From the sequence record OR896157.1: a DNA stretch of 64,000 nucleotides. One strand, written 5' to 3'. Each line of letters opens with the position of its first letter. The first letter of the stretch is position 1. The translations under genes were made by a program, and so were the position numbers. The notes beneath the pieces were generated by a model. That model did not search any database and was not told where the DNA came from. It saw nothing but the letters and a program-made list of their open reading frames with translations. The stretch is from a phage. This document shows positions 13,493-24,431 of this stretch, one piece after another.

Positions 13493-15475
13493 ATGGCTTT
13501 ATTATCTCCGGGCGTTGAGCTCAAAGAAACTAGTGTACAAAGCACTATTGTTAATAATGCTACTGGGCGTGCGGCCCTGGCTGGTAAATTCCAGTGGGGT
13601 CCGGTTGGTCAAGTTGTTCAAGTGACTAACGAAGTCGAATTAGTCGATATTTTCGGCACTCCAGATAGCGAAACTGCTGATTACTTTATGTCAGCAATGA
13701 ACTTCCTGCAATATGGCAATGATCTTCGTATTTCTCGTGCAGTAAATCGCGAAGTAGCTAAAAACTCATCTCCAATTGCTGGGAACGTTGAAATTACCAT
13801 TTCTGCTGCGGGTTCAAACTATGCTGTAGGCGATACCGTTCGAGTTAAATACAACGTAAACGTTATTGAATCAGCTGGTAAAGTTACTGCGGTTGATGGT
13901 AACGGTGGTATTGTTTCAGTTTCAGTACCAAGCGCAAAAATTATTGCATACGCAAAATCAATTAATCAATACCCTGGCCTTGGAGCAAACTGGACTGCTG
14001 AAGTTACTTCTGCATCTTCTGGCGTAGCTGCAACTCTGACTGTTGGAAAAATTGTAACTGATTCTGGTGTTCTTTTAACTGAGCCAGAAACTGCTACTGA
14101 GCAAATGACTTCGGTCGAATTCCAAGCTGCTTTGAAAACTTATGGCATGCCAGGTGTCGCTGCTCTTTATCCGGGTGAACTTGGTTCTCAATTAGAACTT
14201 GAAATTGTCTCTAAAGCTGGATTTGAACAGGGCGCTGCTACACAGCTTCCAATTTACCCTGCTGGCGGAACTCGTGTTTCTACTGCTCGTGCAGTATTTG
14301 GATACGGTCCTCAGTCAGATGACCAATATTGCATTATCGTTCGTCGTGACGGAGCAATTGTAGAAAGCTTTGTTCTTTCAACTAAACGCGGTTCTAAGGA
14401 CGTTTACGGAAATAACATCTTCATTGATGATTTCTTCTCTAAGGGTTCAAGCAATTATATCTTCGCTACTGCTGAAGGCTGGCCAACTGGATTCTCCGGT
14501 ATTGTTCAGTTGTCCGGTGGTGTATCTGCAAACGAATCAGTTACAGCTGGTGATGTAATGCAGGCATGGGATTTATTTGCTGACCGTGAAGCTCTGCATG
14601 TTAATCTCTTGATTGCAGGTGCATGTGCTGGTGAAGATGACGAATTTGCATCTACTGTTCAAAAACACGTAGTATCAATTGCTGATGAACGGCAAGACTG
14701 TCTGGCTCTTATTTCTCCTCCACGTAGTGTGTTGGTAAATATTCCTCTGACTCGTGCAATTGATAACTTAGTCGATTGGCGTACAGGTACTGGAACTTAT
14801 GCAGATGCAAATATGAACATCAGTTCTACTTACGCATCTATTGACGGTAACTACAAATATCAGTATGACAAATACAATGATGTTAACCGTTGGGTTCCGT
14901 TAGCTGCTGATATGGCTGGTCTGTGTGCTCGTACTGATAATGTCAGTCAACCTTGGATGTCTCCAGCTGGTTATAACCGTGGACAGATTCTGAACGTCAT
15001 TAAATTGGCAATCGAACCTCGTCAGAGCCAACGTGACCGTCTGTATCAGGAAGCAATTAACCCTGTTACTGGCACCGGTGGTGACGGATTCGTTCTGTTC
15101 GGCGATAAGACTGCAACCAAAGTTCCTACTCCGTTTGACCGCATCAACGTACGTCGTCTGTTCAACATGCTGAAAACGAATATTGGAAACGCTTCTAAAT
15201 ATCGTCTGTTCGAGATGAACGACAACTTCACTCGTTCAAGCTTCCGTATGGAAACTTCTCAGTACCTGTCTGGAATTAAATCTCTGGGTGGTGTATATGA
15301 ATTCCGTGTGGTATGTGATACTACGAACAACACGCCTGCTGTAATCGACCGCAATGAGTTTGTTGCGTCGTTCTACATCAAGCCAGCTCGTTCTATCAAC
15401 TACATCACTCTGAACTTCGTTGCTACTGCTACGGGTGCTGATTTCGATGAACTGATTGGACCACAAGCTCAATAA
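13493..15475 (+). CDS. 18: tail sheath protein gp18
   Basis: 660 aa vs 659 in T4; MALLSPGVELKETSVQ N-terminus. Confidence 0.95.
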   Translation: MALLSPGVELKETSVQSTIVNNATGRAALAGKFQWGPVGQVVQVTNEVELVDIFGTPDSETADYFMSAMNFLQYGNDLRISRAVNREVAKNSSPIAGNVEITISAAGSNYAVGDTVRVKYNVNVIESAGKVTAVDGNGGIVSVSVPSAKIIAYAKSINQYPGLGANWTAEVTSASSGVAATLTVGKIVTDSGVLLTEPETATEQMTSVEFQAALKTYGMPGVAALYPGELGSQLELEIVSKAGFEQGAATQLPIYPAGGTRVSTARAVFGYGPQSDDQYCIIVRRDGAIVESFVLSTKRGSKDVYGNNIFIDDFFSKGSSNYIFATAEGWPTGFSGIVQLSGGVSANESVTAGDVMQAWDLFADREALHVNLLIAGACAGEDDEFASTVQKHVVSIADERQDCLALISPPRSVLVNIPLTRAIDNLVDWRTGTGTYADANMNISSTYASIDGNYKYQYDKYNDVNRWVPLAADMAGLCARTDNVSQPWMSPAGYNRGQILNVIKLAIEPRQSQRDRLYQEAINPVTGTGGDGFVLFGDKTATKVPTPFDRINVRRLFNMLKTNIGNASKYRLFEMNDNFTRSSFRMETSQYLSGIKSLGGVYEFRVVCDTTNNTPAVIDRNEFVASFYIKPARSINYITLNFVATATGADFDELIGPQAQ

Positions 15476-15570
15476 TTCTAAGACACTTAGGGACCTTCGA
15501 GAGGAGGTCCATAAATACAATCATCTTAGGAAAACTAATTCATCTCGGCCGTTCTGGTGAATCAGAACGG

Positions 15571-15578
15571 TATAAATA
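15571..15578 (+). promoter_or_regulatory. late promoter box TATAAATA upstream of gene 19
   Basis: Exact TATAAATA 16 nt upstream of gene 19 ATG, preceded by a hairpin. Confidence 0.55.
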
Positions 15579-15593
15579 TAACAGGAACTCACA

Positions 15594-16085
15594 ATGGAAT
15601 TAACAGATCTCACGAGAGCATTCGAATCCGGTGATTTCGCGCGTCCTAACTTGTTTGAGGTAGAAATTCCTTATCTCGGTAAGAACTTCAGCTTCAAATG
15701 TAAAGCAGCTCCACTGCCTGCTGGTATCGTTGAAAAAATTCCGGTCGGTTATATGAACCGTAAACTTAACGTTGCCGGTGACCGTACATTCGACGATTGG
15801 ACCGTGACTATCTATAACGATGATGCTCATAATACTCGTCAAGCTATTGTTGAATGGCAGGGTATCGCAGCAGGTCAGGGTAATGAAATTACTGGTGGCT
15901 CGCCTGCAGAGTATAAGAAAAAAGCAATTGTCCGTCAATTCGCACGTGATAGTAAAACAATTACTCGTGAAATTGAAATTACGGGCGTTTGGCCAACTAA
16001 CGTTGGTGAAGTCCAGCTCGACTGGGATTCAAACAACGAAGTTGAGACCTTTGAAGTAACATTCTGTCTCGACTGGTGGTTGTAA
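15594..16085 (+). CDS. 19: tail tube protein gp19
   Basis: 163 aa as in T4; near-identical core FESGDFARPNLF...KCKAAPLPAGIVEKIPVG. Confidence 0.95.
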   Translation: MELTDLTRAFESGDFARPNLFEVEIPYLGKNFSFKCKAAPLPAGIVEKIPVGYMNRKLNVAGDRTFDDWTVTIYNDDAHNTRQAIVEWQGIAAGQGNEITGGSPAEYKKKAIVRQFARDSKTITREIEITGVWPTNVGEVQLDWDSNNEVETFEVTFCLDWWL

Positions 16086-16090
16086 AATGT

Positions 16091-16104
16091 GGGCCTTCGG
16101 GCCC
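16091..16104 (+). terminator. GGGCC-TTCG-GGCCC tetraloop hairpin after gene 19
   Basis: Perfect stem with UUCG loop read in sequence. Confidence 0.5.
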
Positions 16105-16105
16105 A

Positions 16106-16113
16106 TATAAATA
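16106..16113 (+). promoter_or_regulatory. late promoter box TATAAATA upstream of gene 20
   Basis: Exact TATAAATA immediately after the hairpin, ~33 nt upstream of gene 20 ATG. Confidence 0.55.
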
Positions 16114-16145
16114 TTAGTATGCTTTAACCCTTATTGGAGACTCTA

Positions 16146-17714
16146 ATGAAATTTGACGTCTTAAGTTTGTTCGCGCCGTGGGCCAAAGTCGACGAACAGG
16201 AATACGACCAGCAGCTAAATAATAATTTAGAGTCTATCACGGCCCCTAAATTTGATGACGGCGCGACAGAGATTGAATCGGAACGTGGAGACATTGCAGG
16301 CGCTGGATTATTCCAGAGAATGTACGGTCAAAATGAACCGGGAATGAAAAACACCAGGGAGCTTATCGATACTTACCGTCAGTTAATGAATAACTACGAA
16401 GTAGATAACGCTGTCCAAGAAATCGTCTTAGATGCAATTGTATACGAAGATGATCATCCAGTTGTTTCATTGGATTTAGATAACACTGATTTTAGCCAGG
16501 CGATTAAAGACCGTTTACAAGAAGAATTTAACGAAGTTCTTACTTGTCTGAATTTTGAAAGAAAGGGTCTTGACCATTTCCGTCGCTGGTATGTCGATTC
16601 TCGTATCTTCTTCCATAAAATTATTAACCCTAAAAAACCGAAAGAAGGTATTCAAGAGCTTCGTCGTTTAGACCCTCGCAATATTCAGTTCGTTCGTGAA
16701 GTTATCACTGACACTGAAGCGGGCGTGAAAATTGTTAAAGGCTACAAAGAATATTTCGTTTATAACACCGGTCACGAGTCTTATCAATGTGACGGTCGAA
16801 TTTACGACGCTGGAACGAAAATTAAAATTCCAAAGGCTGCAGTTGTTTATGCACACTCTGGATTAGTTGATTGTTCAGGAAGAAACATCATCGGTTATTT
16901 GCACCGAGCTGTTAAACCTGCTAACCAGCTTAAACTGCTTGAAGACGCAATGGTGATTTATCGTATTACACGTGCGCCAGACCGTCGAGTATTTTACATT
17001 GACACAGGGAACATGCCTTCCCGTAAAGCTGCTGCTCATATGCAACACATCATGAACACCATGAAAAACCGTGTGGTATATGATGCGTCTACTGGTAAAA
17101 TTAAAAACCAGCAGCACAATATGTCAATGACAGAAGATTATTGGTTACAGCGCCGCGATGGTAAAGCTGTTACTGAAATTGATAATATGCCTGGTGCTTC
17201 AGGCATGAACGAAATGGACGATGTCCGTTGGTTCAAGAACAACCTTTACCAAGCATTACGTGTTCCACTGTCTCGTATCCCGAATGACCAACAAAGTGGA
17301 GTTCAGTTTGATGCTGGAACTGGAATTACACGTGACGAGTTACAATTTGCTAAATTCATTCGTGAACTGCAGCATAAGTTTGAAGAAATTTTCCTCGACC
17401 CTCTTAAAACAAACCTTATTTTGAAAGGCGTAATGAGCGAAGATGATTGGAAAGATGAAATAAATAACATTAAGATAGTATTTCATCGTGACAGTTACTT
17501 CACTGAACTTAAAGATGCTGAAGTCACTGAACGCAGATTCAATATGCTTCAAATGGCCGAACCGTTTATCGGTAAGTATATTTCTCATCAGACTGCAATG
17601 AAGACTATTCTTCAAATGACTGATGAACAAATTGACCAAGAGGCTAAGCAAATTGAGCTAGAGTCTAAAGAGGCTCGTTTCCAAGACCCAGACCAAGAAC
17701 AAGAGGATTTCTAA
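16146..17714 (+). CDS. 20: portal vertex protein gp20
   Basis: Start moved to ATG giving [18 protein letters not shown] (T4 gp20 [18 protein letters not shown]); GGAGA Shine-Dalgarno; 522 aa. Confidence 0.95.
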   Translation: MKFDVLSLFAPWAKVDEQEYDQQLNNNLESITAPKFDDGATEIESERGDIAGAGLFQRMYGQNEPGMKNTRELIDTYRQLMNNYEVDNAVQEIVLDAIVYEDDHPVVSLDLDNTDFSQAIKDRLQEEFNEVLTCLNFERKGLDHFRRWYVDSRIFFHKIINPKKPKEGIQELRRLDPRNIQFVREVITDTEAGVKIVKGYKEYFVYNTGHESYQCDGRIYDAGTKIKIPKAAVVYAHSGLVDCSGRNIIGYLHRAVKPANQLKLLEDAMVIYRITRAPDRRVFYIDTGNMPSRKAAAHMQHIMNTMKNRVVYDASTGKIKNQQHNMSMTEDYWLQRRDGKAVTEIDNMPGASGMNEMDDVRWFKNNLYQALRVPLSRIPNDQQSGVQFDAGTGITRDELQFAKFIRELQHKFEEIFLDPLKTNLILKGVMSEDDWKDEINNIKIVFHRDSYFTELKDAEVTERRFNMLQMAEPFIGKYISHQTAMKTILQMTDEQIDQEAKQIELESKEARFQDPDQEQEDF

Positions 17715-17962
17715 TGGAAGATTTCATCTCCGCACTCAAATCCAACGACCTCGTTAAAGCTAAGAAAGCCTTTGGTGCTATTATGCTTGAACAGACCGCT
17801 GATTTGATTAGCCAACGTCGTGTTGAGATTGCCCAATCTATTATGATTGAAGGCGAAGAAAAAGAAGACGACGAAGACGAGAATGATGATTCTGAAGATG
17901 AAGGTAAAGAAAAACCTGAATCTAAAGATGAAAAAGATTCTGAAGACGAAGACGAAGAATAA
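17714..17962 (+). CDS. 67: prohead core protein gp67
   Basis: 82 aa acidic C-terminal tail; TAATG overlap with 20; synteny. Confidence 0.8.
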   Translation: MEDFISALKSNDLVKAKKAFGAIMLEQTADLISQRRVEIAQSIMIEGEEKEDDEDENDDSEDEGKEKPESKDEKDSEDEDEE

Positions 17963-17971
17963 GGAGTCGCA

Positions 17972-18397
17972 ATGCTGATTGTTCCTGATGAGTACGAAGT
18001 CGTACTTGAAAACATCGAAGCAGCTATTCCTGAAGCCGAATCTCGTTTTAAGCAGTTGTCAGAAGCTCTCGATAAAGCAGACATAAATACAATTGTAGAA
18101 AACATGTTGCCAATTGAACCTGAAGTAGCAATTGCTATGGGTTCACTGAATGAAGAAATGCAGCTCAATGAATTTATCGTTAAGCATGTTTCTTCTCGTG
18201 GAGAAATTACGCGTACTAAAGACCGTAAAACCCGCGAGCGCCAAGCATTCCAAACAACTGGTTTATCTAAAGCTAAACGTCGCGCTATCGCTCGAAAAGT
18301 CGTTAAGTCCAAACGCGCTAATCCGTCTGGTACTGTACGAGGCAACCGCAAACGTAAGAAAGCTATGAAACGTCGTCAGGCGTTAGGATTAAGCTAA
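17972..18397 (+). CDS. 68: prohead core protein gp68
   Basis: 141 aa, same as T4; synteny. Confidence 0.8.
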   Translation: MLIVPDEYEVVLENIEAAIPEAESRFKQLSEALDKADINTIVENMLPIEPEVAIAMGSLNEEMQLNEFIVKHVSSRGEITRTKDRKTRERQAFQTTGLSKAKRRAIARKVVKSKRANPSGTVRGNRKRKKAMKRRQALGLS

Positions 18398-19038
18398 TGA
18401 ATGAACCCCAATTACTCATTGAGCATTGGGGTCAACCCGGCGAAATTTTGAATGGCGTACCGATGCTTGAGTCATACGATGGCTCAGATGCAGGGCTAAA
18501 ACCTGGATTATACATCGAAGGCGTGTTCATGCAAGCCGAAGTAGTTAACCGAAACAAGCGTCTTTATCCAAAGAGAGTATTGGAAAAAGCCGTAGCTAAT
18601 TATATTAAAGAGCAGGTTTCTACTAAACAAGCACTTGGAGAATTAAATCACCCACCACGTGCTAACGTTGACCCGATGCAAGCCGCAATCATCATCGAAG
18701 ATATGTGGTGGAAAGGAAACGATGTTTATGGACGAGCTCGTATTATTGAAGGTGACCATGGTCCTGGAGATAAACTCGCTGCAAACATTCGTGCTGGCTG
18801 GATTCCTGGAGTATCTAGTCGTGGACTAGGCTCATTAACGGAAACCAATAAAGGCTACCGTATCGTAAACGAAGGATTTAAACTCACCGTTGGCGTTGAT
18901 GCTGTGTGGGGACCTTCTGCACCAGATGCTTGGGTAACTCCGAAGCAGATTTCGGAATCCGCTGAGGCGCAAGTCGCCAAAAAGAATGACGATGAGTCAT
19001 TTAAAGCTCTCGTAGAGAGTCTCGAAAAAGCATTATAA
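18397..19038 (+). CDS. 21: prohead core protease gp21
   Basis: 213 aa vs 212 in T4; TAATG overlap with 68. Confidence 0.9.
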   Translation: MNEPQLLIEHWGQPGEILNGVPMLESYDGSDAGLKPGLYIEGVFMQAEVVNRNKRLYPKRVLEKAVANYIKEQVSTKQALGELNHPPRANVDPMQAAIIIEDMWWKGNDVYGRARIIEGDHGPGDKLAANIRAGWIPGVSSRGLGSLTETNKGYRIVNEGFKLTVGVDAVWGPSAPDAWVTPKQISESAEAQVAKKNDDESFKALVESLEKAL

Positions 19039-19041
19039 ATA
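19034..19041 (+). promoter_or_regulatory. late promoter box TATAAATA upstream of gene 22
   Basis: Exact TATAAATA overlapping gene 21 stop, ~30 nt upstream of gene 22 ATG. Confidence 0.55.
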
Positions 19042-19071
19042 ATAATGTAACTTAACAACAGGACTAACAAA

Positions 19072-19887
19072 ATGCTGAAAGACATCCTGCTCCAGGAAGC
19101 TCAGAATATTGAAGCTACCGTAGCTGTGGACAGTATTTTCGAATCGGTCGAGCTTTCTCCGGAAGTAAAAGCGAAGTTCGAAACTGTATTCGAAGCAACT
19201 GTAAAGAAACATGCCGTTGAATTGGCTGAATCCCACATTACCAAAATTGCTGAAATGGCTGACGAAAAGCTGAAAGACGCTAAAGAAGAAGCCGAAGAAA
19301 AAGCTGAAAAGAAACTGACCGAACATGCTTCACGTTTCTTCAATCACATCGCTCAAGAATGGATGAACGAAAACAAACTGGCTGTTGATAAAGGCATCAA
19401 AGCTGAACTGTTTGAATCCATGTTCGCTGGTATGAAAGAACTGTTCGTTGAACACAACGTTGTTCTGCCAGAAGAATCAGTTGATGTAGTTGCTGAAATG
19501 GAAGAAGAACTGGCTGAAGCTCGTGAAGAAATCAGCAATCTGTTCGAAGGTATTTCTGCTCGCGACGAAAAAATTAATACCATGCTGCGTGAAAGCGCTG
19601 TAATGGAATCAACTAAAGACTTGACCGACGTTCAGAAAGAGAAAGTAGCTTCTCTGACCGAAGGTATGGAATATTCCGACGAATTCTCAAGTAAGCTGTC
19701 TGCCATCGTCGAAATGGTTAAAGGCTCCGTCGAGAAAGAGGTAGTAAATGAAAGCATAAATACTACCGACAATGATGCTGACGGTCTCAACTTCATTACT
19801 GAAGAACACATTGAGCCAGAAGAAAAAGTATCAAAACAGCCATCGATGATGGACGCATACGTAGCCTCTGCGGCACGTCTTTCTTAA
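19072..19887 (+). CDS. 22: prohead core scaffold protein gp22
   Basis: 271 aa vs 269 in T4; highly charged coiled-coil-like sequence. Confidence 0.9.
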   Translation: MLKDILLQEAQNIEATVAVDSIFESVELSPEVKAKFETVFEATVKKHAVELAESHITKIAEMADEKLKDAKEEAEEKAEKKLTEHASRFFNHIAQEWMNENKLAVDKGIKAELFESMFAGMKELFVEHNVVLPEESVDVVAEMEEELAEAREEISNLFEGISARDEKINTMLRESAVMESTKDLTDVQKEKVASLTEGMEYSDEFSSKLSAIVEMVKGSVEKEVVNESINTTDNDADGLNFITEEHIEPEEKVSKQPSMMDAYVASAARLS

Positions 19888-19909
19888 TTTTTAAAAGGTT
19901 ATAAAACAC

Positions 19910-21472
19910 ATGAAAAAGATTAATCCGTTAGTAGAAAAATGGACTCCGCTGCTTGAGAACGAAGCACTGCCTGAAATCGTTGGTGCTGGTAAAAAAGCTC
20001 TGATTGCAAAAATCATGGAAAACCAGGAATCAGCTATTAAAACTGAACCTGCATTCCGTGATGAAAAAATCGCTGAAGCATTTGGTTCGTTCCTGACTGA
20101 AGCAGAAATTGGTGGTGACCACGGTTATGATGCTCAAAACATCGCTGCTGGCCAGACATCAGGCGCAGTAACTCAGATTGGACCAGCTGTTATGGGCATG
20201 GTACGTCGTGCAATTCCTAACCTGATTGCTTTCGACATCTGCGGTGTTCAGCCAATGAGTTCTCCAACCGGACAGGTATTCGCTCTGCGTGCTGTTTACG
20301 GTAAAGACCCTCTGGCCGCTGGTGCTAAAGAAGCATTCCACCCAATGTACGCTCCAGATGCAATGTTCTCTGGTCAGGGTGCTGCTCAGAAATTCGCTCC
20401 TGTAAAAGCTGCTGACGTTCTGACTGTTGGTACTATCGTAGTTCACGATTTCGCTGACGTTGGTCGCGCTTACTTCCAGGTTGCTGAAGGTTTCACCGTA
20501 GACGCTGGTGCTACCGATGCTGAAAAACTGGATAAAGCAGTTAAAGCTGCTGAAGAAGCTGGTCAGCTGGTAGAAATCGCTGAAGGTATGGCTACCTCCG
20601 TAGCTGAACTGCAGGAAAACTTCAACGGTTCTACTGATAACCCATGGAATGAAATGGGCTTCCGTATCGATAAGCAAGTTATCGAAGCTAAATCTCGTCA
20701 GCTGAAAGCTCAGTACTCTATTGAACTGGCTCAAGACTTACGTGCTGTTCATGGTATGGACGCGGATGCTGAACTGTCTGGTATTCTGGCTACCGAAATC
20801 ATGCTGGAAATCAACCGTGAAGTTGTAGACTGGATTAACTACTCTGCGCAACTGGGTAAAACCGGTATGACTCAGACCGTTGGTTCTAAAGCTGGTGTAT
20901 TTGACTTCCAGGACCCAGTAGATATTCGTGGCGCTCGTTGGGCAGGTGAAAGCTTCAAAGCTCTTCTGTTCCAAATCGATAAAGAAGCTGCTGAAATCGC
21001 ACGTCAGACTGGTCGTGGTGCTGGTAACTTCATCATCGCTTCTCGTAACGTAGTTAACGCTCTGGCAGCTGTTGACACTGGCGTTACTCCTGCTGCTCAG
21101 GGTCTGGGTCAAGGCTTCAATGCTGATACCACTAAGACTGTGTTCGCAGGTATTCTGGGCGGTCGTTATAAAGTATACATCGACCAGTACGCTCGTCAGG
21201 ACTACTTCACCATTGGTTACAAAGGTGCTAACGAGATGGATGCTGGTATCTACTACGCTCCATACGTTGCTCTGACTCCACTGCGTGGTTCCGACCCGAA
21301 AAACTTCCAGCCGGTCATGGGGTTCAAAACCCGTTACGGTATTGGTATCAACCCGTTTGCTGATAGTGCATCACAGCAGCCGAATGCTCGCATTCAGTCT
21401 GGTATGCCTTCTATCGTCAACTCCGTTGGTAAGAACGCGTACTTCCGTCGCATCTGGGTTAAAGGTCTGTAA
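19910..21472 (+). CDS. 23: major capsid protein gp23
   Basis: 520 aa; long blocks identical to T4 gp23 (e.g. AFGSFLTEAEIGGDHGY, MGFRIDKQVIEAKSRQLKA). Confidence 0.97.
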   Translation: MKKINPLVEKWTPLLENEALPEIVGAGKKALIAKIMENQESAIKTEPAFRDEKIAEAFGSFLTEAEIGGDHGYDAQNIAAGQTSGAVTQIGPAVMGMVRRAIPNLIAFDICGVQPMSSPTGQVFALRAVYGKDPLAAGAKEAFHPMYAPDAMFSGQGAAQKFAPVKAADVLTVGTIVVHDFADVGRAYFQVAEGFTVDAGATDAEKLDKAVKAAEEAGQLVEIAEGMATSVAELQENFNGSTDNPWNEMGFRIDKQVIEAKSRQLKAQYSIELAQDLRAVHGMDADAELSGILATEIMLEINREVVDWINYSAQLGKTGMTQTVGSKAGVFDFQDPVDIRGARWAGESFKALLFQIDKEAAEIARQTGRGAGNFIIASRNVVNALAAVDTGVTPAAQGLGQGFNADTTKTVFAGILGGRYKVYIDQYARQDYFTIGYKGANEMDAGIYYAPYVALTPLRGSDPKNFQPVMGFKTRYGIGINPFADSASQQPNARIQSGMPSIVNSVGKNAYFRRIWVKGL

Positions 21473-21483
21473 TCCAATTAAAT

Positions 21484-21501
21484 GGGAGCCGCAAGGCTCC
21501 C
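21484..21501 (+). terminator. GGGAGCC-GCAA-GGCTCCC hairpin after gene 23
   Basis: Perfect 7-bp stem with GNRA-type loop. Confidence 0.5.
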
Positions 21502-21557
21502 ATTGTTGTTTCTACGGATGATAAATAAAAGTATAATCCACTAGAGGAAAAGCGACG

Positions 21558-22841
21558 ATGGCTAACATCCATGACCTTCTGCGCGAATCAACTACAACGA
21601 CGAGTTCAATTTCTGCCCGTCCTAGCCTCGTTGCATTGACTCGCGCTACTACTAAATTAATTTACTCTGATATTGTAGCTACTCAGCGTACTACTCAACC
21701 TACTGCTGCTTTCTATGGTATCAAATACTTGAACCCTAACAAAGAATTAACGTTCCTTACTGGTGCTACCTACGCAGGTCAAACTGGTACTGAGGACCGT
21801 AAGTCTATTGAAACATTAACTGCTTCAAATAAAGATTCATTTGGCAAGGGCGATTTATTCAAATACAATGACATTGTTTACAAAGTACTTGTAGATAATC
21901 CATTTGACCAGATTACTGAAACTGATTTAGAAGTTGTAATTCAGATTTCTCTGGTTAAACTCACTACTCGTTTAATGTCTGATGCTGCTATCACTTCCAA
22001 GTTTGAAACTGCTGGAGCTGATATCGCTGAAGCTAAATTCCAAATTGATAAATGGCAGACTCAGGTTAAATCTCGTAAACTTAAAACGAGTTTGACTGTT
22101 GAATTGGCCCAGGACCTTGAAGCTAACGGCTTTGATGCTTCTAATTTTATCGATGATTTACTGGCTACTGAAATGGCCGATGAAATTAACAAAGACATTT
22201 TACAAAGTCTTGTGACAGTTTCAAAACGATATAAAGTTGAAGGTATCACAGATACTGGATTCATCGATTTATCTTATGCATCTGCTCCAGAAGCTGGTCG
22301 TTCTCTGTATCGCATGGTATGCGAAATGGTTTCTCATATTCAGCGTTCAACATCCTTTACTGCAACGTTTGCTGTAGCATCTACTCGTGCTGCTGCTGTT
22401 CTTGCTGCATCAGGTTGGTTGAAGCACCAAGCTGGTGACGATGAATATCTGTCAGAGAATGCCTATGGTTTCCTGGCGAATGGTTTGCCTCTGTATTGCG
22501 ATACTAACACTCCACTTGATTATGTAATTGTCGGTGTAGTAGAAGATATTGGTGATAAAGAAGTTGTATCGAGTATTTTCTATGCTCCATACACTGAAGG
22601 TATCGACCTTGATGACCCGGAACATGTTGGTGCATTTAAAGTAATTGTTGACCCAGAAAGCTTACAGCCTTCTGTAGCTTTACTCGTTCGTTATGCACTG
22701 TCTGCTAACCCGTATACTGTAGCTAAAGATGAAAAGGAAGCTCGAATCATTGATGGCGGGGATATGGATAAGATGGCAGGACGTTCTGATTTATCAGTTC
22801 TTCTTGGTGTTAAGTTACCAAAAATCATCATTGAAGACTAA
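21558..22841 (+). CDS. 24: capsid vertex protein gp24
   Basis: 427 aa, same as T4; gp23 paralogue at the expected position. Confidence 0.92.
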   Translation: MANIHDLLRESTTTTSSISARPSLVALTRATTKLIYSDIVATQRTTQPTAAFYGIKYLNPNKELTFLTGATYAGQTGTEDRKSIETLTASNKDSFGKGDLFKYNDIVYKVLVDNPFDQITETDLEVVIQISLVKLTTRLMSDAAITSKFETAGADIAEAKFQIDKWQTQVKSRKLKTSLTVELAQDLEANGFDASNFIDDLLATEMADEINKDILQSLVTVSKRYKVEGITDTGFIDLSYASAPEAGRSLYRMVCEMVSHIQRSTSFTATFAVASTRAAAVLAASGWLKHQAGDDEYLSENAYGFLANGLPLYCDTNTPLDYVIVGVVEDIGDKEVVSSIFYAPYTEGIDLDDPEHVGAFKVIVDPESLQPSVALLVRYALSANPYTVAKDEKEARIIDGGDMDKMAGRSDLSVLLGVKLPKIIIED

Positions 22842-22847
22842 AAGAAA

Positions 22848-22865
22848 GGGAACCTCACGGTTCCC
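22848..22865. terminator. bidirectional hairpin GGGAACC-TCAC-GGTTCCC between convergent gene 24 and the DprA-like ORF
   Basis: Perfect inverted repeat between two convergent stop codons. Confidence 0.5.
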
Positions 22866-22873
22866 TTTTGTAG

Positions 22874-23419
22874 TTATAAAGCAAATATATCGAATGTTGG
22901 CGCGTACTTGTCTTTGAATCTCTGATAGATTTCCTTTTCATACAGATTGTAGCAAGGTATCCCATGACGCTTAGCTATATCAACGGCCACTCGTGTCCCT
23001 CCAGTAACGCTAGAGAGTTTTATTGGAGCATAGAATAGTACCATATCCACGGGTGACTGGCAGTCCTCTCCGAGCACCTGAAGTGCATTGCGGGCAAATA
23101 AAGTCTTCACTATATCCCGGCACTCATCCCAGTAACTTGTCACTTCTCTTACTTTAATTACACTCCTGATTCTCACTTCATTTGGAAAATCTTTCCACAC
23201 CTTTACTCCAACTCCGGTTTTAAGACCATTGAAGCCTTCGTATGGTATGATACGTAATGAACGCTCACGGTCGTATCTACTGAGCCATGATTCATCTGCA
23301 CCAGGAGCTCCTCCCGAATACGAAAAATGGCCCGACTCCGAAAGAGCCTGACCAGTTAATGACATGACATCTAAAACACGACGTGGCGTCTCTCGAGAAC
23401 CGATTAACGCCAAACGCAT
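22874..23419 (-). CDS. DprA/Smf-like Rossmann-fold domain protein (not present at this locus in T4)
   Basis: ATG overlaps rnlB stop (TAATG); motif blocks LIGSRETP, SGGAPGADESW, FARNALQVLG, TGGTRVAVDIAKRHGIPCY resemble the conserved blocks of the DprA Rossmann domain as recalled. Confidence 0.5.
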   Translation of the reverse strand: MRLALIGSRETPRRVLDVMSLTGQALSESGHFSYSGGAPGADESWLSRYDRERSLRIIPYEGFNGLKTGVGVKVWKDFPNEVRIRSVIKVREVTSYWDECRDIVKTLFARNALQVLGEDCQSPVDMVLFYAPIKLSSVTGGTRVAVDIAKRHGIPCYNLYEKEIYQRFKDKYAPTFDIFAL

Positions 23420-24423
23420 TAGTTACTTACCAGTTCAATCCAAACTGGACGAATTACGCCTTGCACGTAATTGACAAGTTCTTTCTTGACTACATCAGGA
23501 TTGTCTGCATCGGTAATGAAGATTTCTTCACGACCAGCTTCTTCCAGAATGTCCTGGACAGTAAGACCCATAACTTTGCCAAAGTCTTTTGGACCAACTT
23601 GACCAATCTTACTGATAACGTTATTGACTCGGTTCAGAGTAGCATAAGCTGCCAGGGTGGAGAAAGTTACCTTATCAACATCAGTCAGTTCAACCTTAGC
23701 TTTAATAGGCTTATCGGATTTAGCTTTCTCAGAGAACTTGGAGTTCTTGCATTTAATAGCTACACGAGAACCGTTAGGGAAGAATTTAGGGTAGCATGGT
23801 TTCAGAACGTAGCCTTCGGCAACATTTTCATTTGATACTACAGCATCGTATGTTGCGGTATTAGCAATTTCCAAACCTGCATCTCTTACAATATCATTAT
23901 AATAATTTACAACTACGGATAAATCGTTTGGAATTTTAGCAAGGTCATCGAATTTACCACGACCCAGTAATGGAGCCATTTTAAACCCAAAAACATTACA
24001 CATGCGTTCCATCATGAAATCATCGACATAAGACGATTCACCGGATTCGGTAGTCACTTTAATATCAAAGACATAGAAGTCTTTTTCACCGTAATCAACA
24101 CCTTTCTGAATTCCGCCACCAGCAAATTCACCAAAGATTTGATAAGCTACAGTAGCACCAGTCAGTGCAGCTTGAACAGCTTTAAATGACTCGTTATAGC
24201 GACCCATGATAACCATATAGCCAAAGAAGTCTTCTGCTGGCAGAATAGGACCAGTACGCTTGGCAGGCTGAATTGAATCTTTAGTTACGATAACAGAGAA
24301 GTTAGTGCCGTGAATTTTCTCACGCGCTACCCAAGTTTCAGAGACATCAAAACCAGCATTACGAATACGCTCAATGAATTTACCGTTGTAGTGGTTCTCG
24401 AGCGTTGAATATTTCTCAAACAT
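23419..24423 (-). CDS. rnlB: RNA ligase 2
   Basis: 334 aa, same as T4 Rnl2; N-terminus [18 protein letters not shown] and KxHGTN ligase motif. Confidence 0.93.
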   Translation of the reverse strand: MFEKYSTLENHYNGKFIERIRNAGFDVSETWVAREKIHGTNFSVIVTKDSIQPAKRTGPILPAEDFFGYMVIMGRYNESFKAVQAALTGATVAYQIFGEFAGGGIQKGVDYGEKDFYVFDIKVTTESGESSYVDDFMMERMCNVFGFKMAPLLGRGKFDDLAKIPNDLSVVVNYYNDIVRDAGLEIANTATYDAVVSNENVAEGYVLKPCYPKFFPNGSRVAIKCKNSKFSEKAKSDKPIKAKVELTDVDKVTFSTLAAYATLNRVNNVISKIGQVGPKDFGKVMGLTVQDILEEAGREEIFITDADNPDVVKKELVNYVQGVIRPVWIELVSN

Positions 24424-24431
24424 ATTTCACC

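Noticed and set aside
17665-18351. 228-aa Ser-rich minus-strand ORF
   Set aside because: Antisense to genes 67 and 68; its low-complexity sequence is the reverse reading of their acidic GAAGA-rich codons and there is no start context
19890-19909. Late promoter immediately upstream of gene 23
   Set aside because: Only TTATAAAA is present, 3 nt from the ATG; no exact TATAAATA at promoter distance, so gene 23 is probably served from further upstream
23383-23835. 150-aa plus-strand ORF
   Set aside because: Lies antisense within rnlB, which is strongly supported
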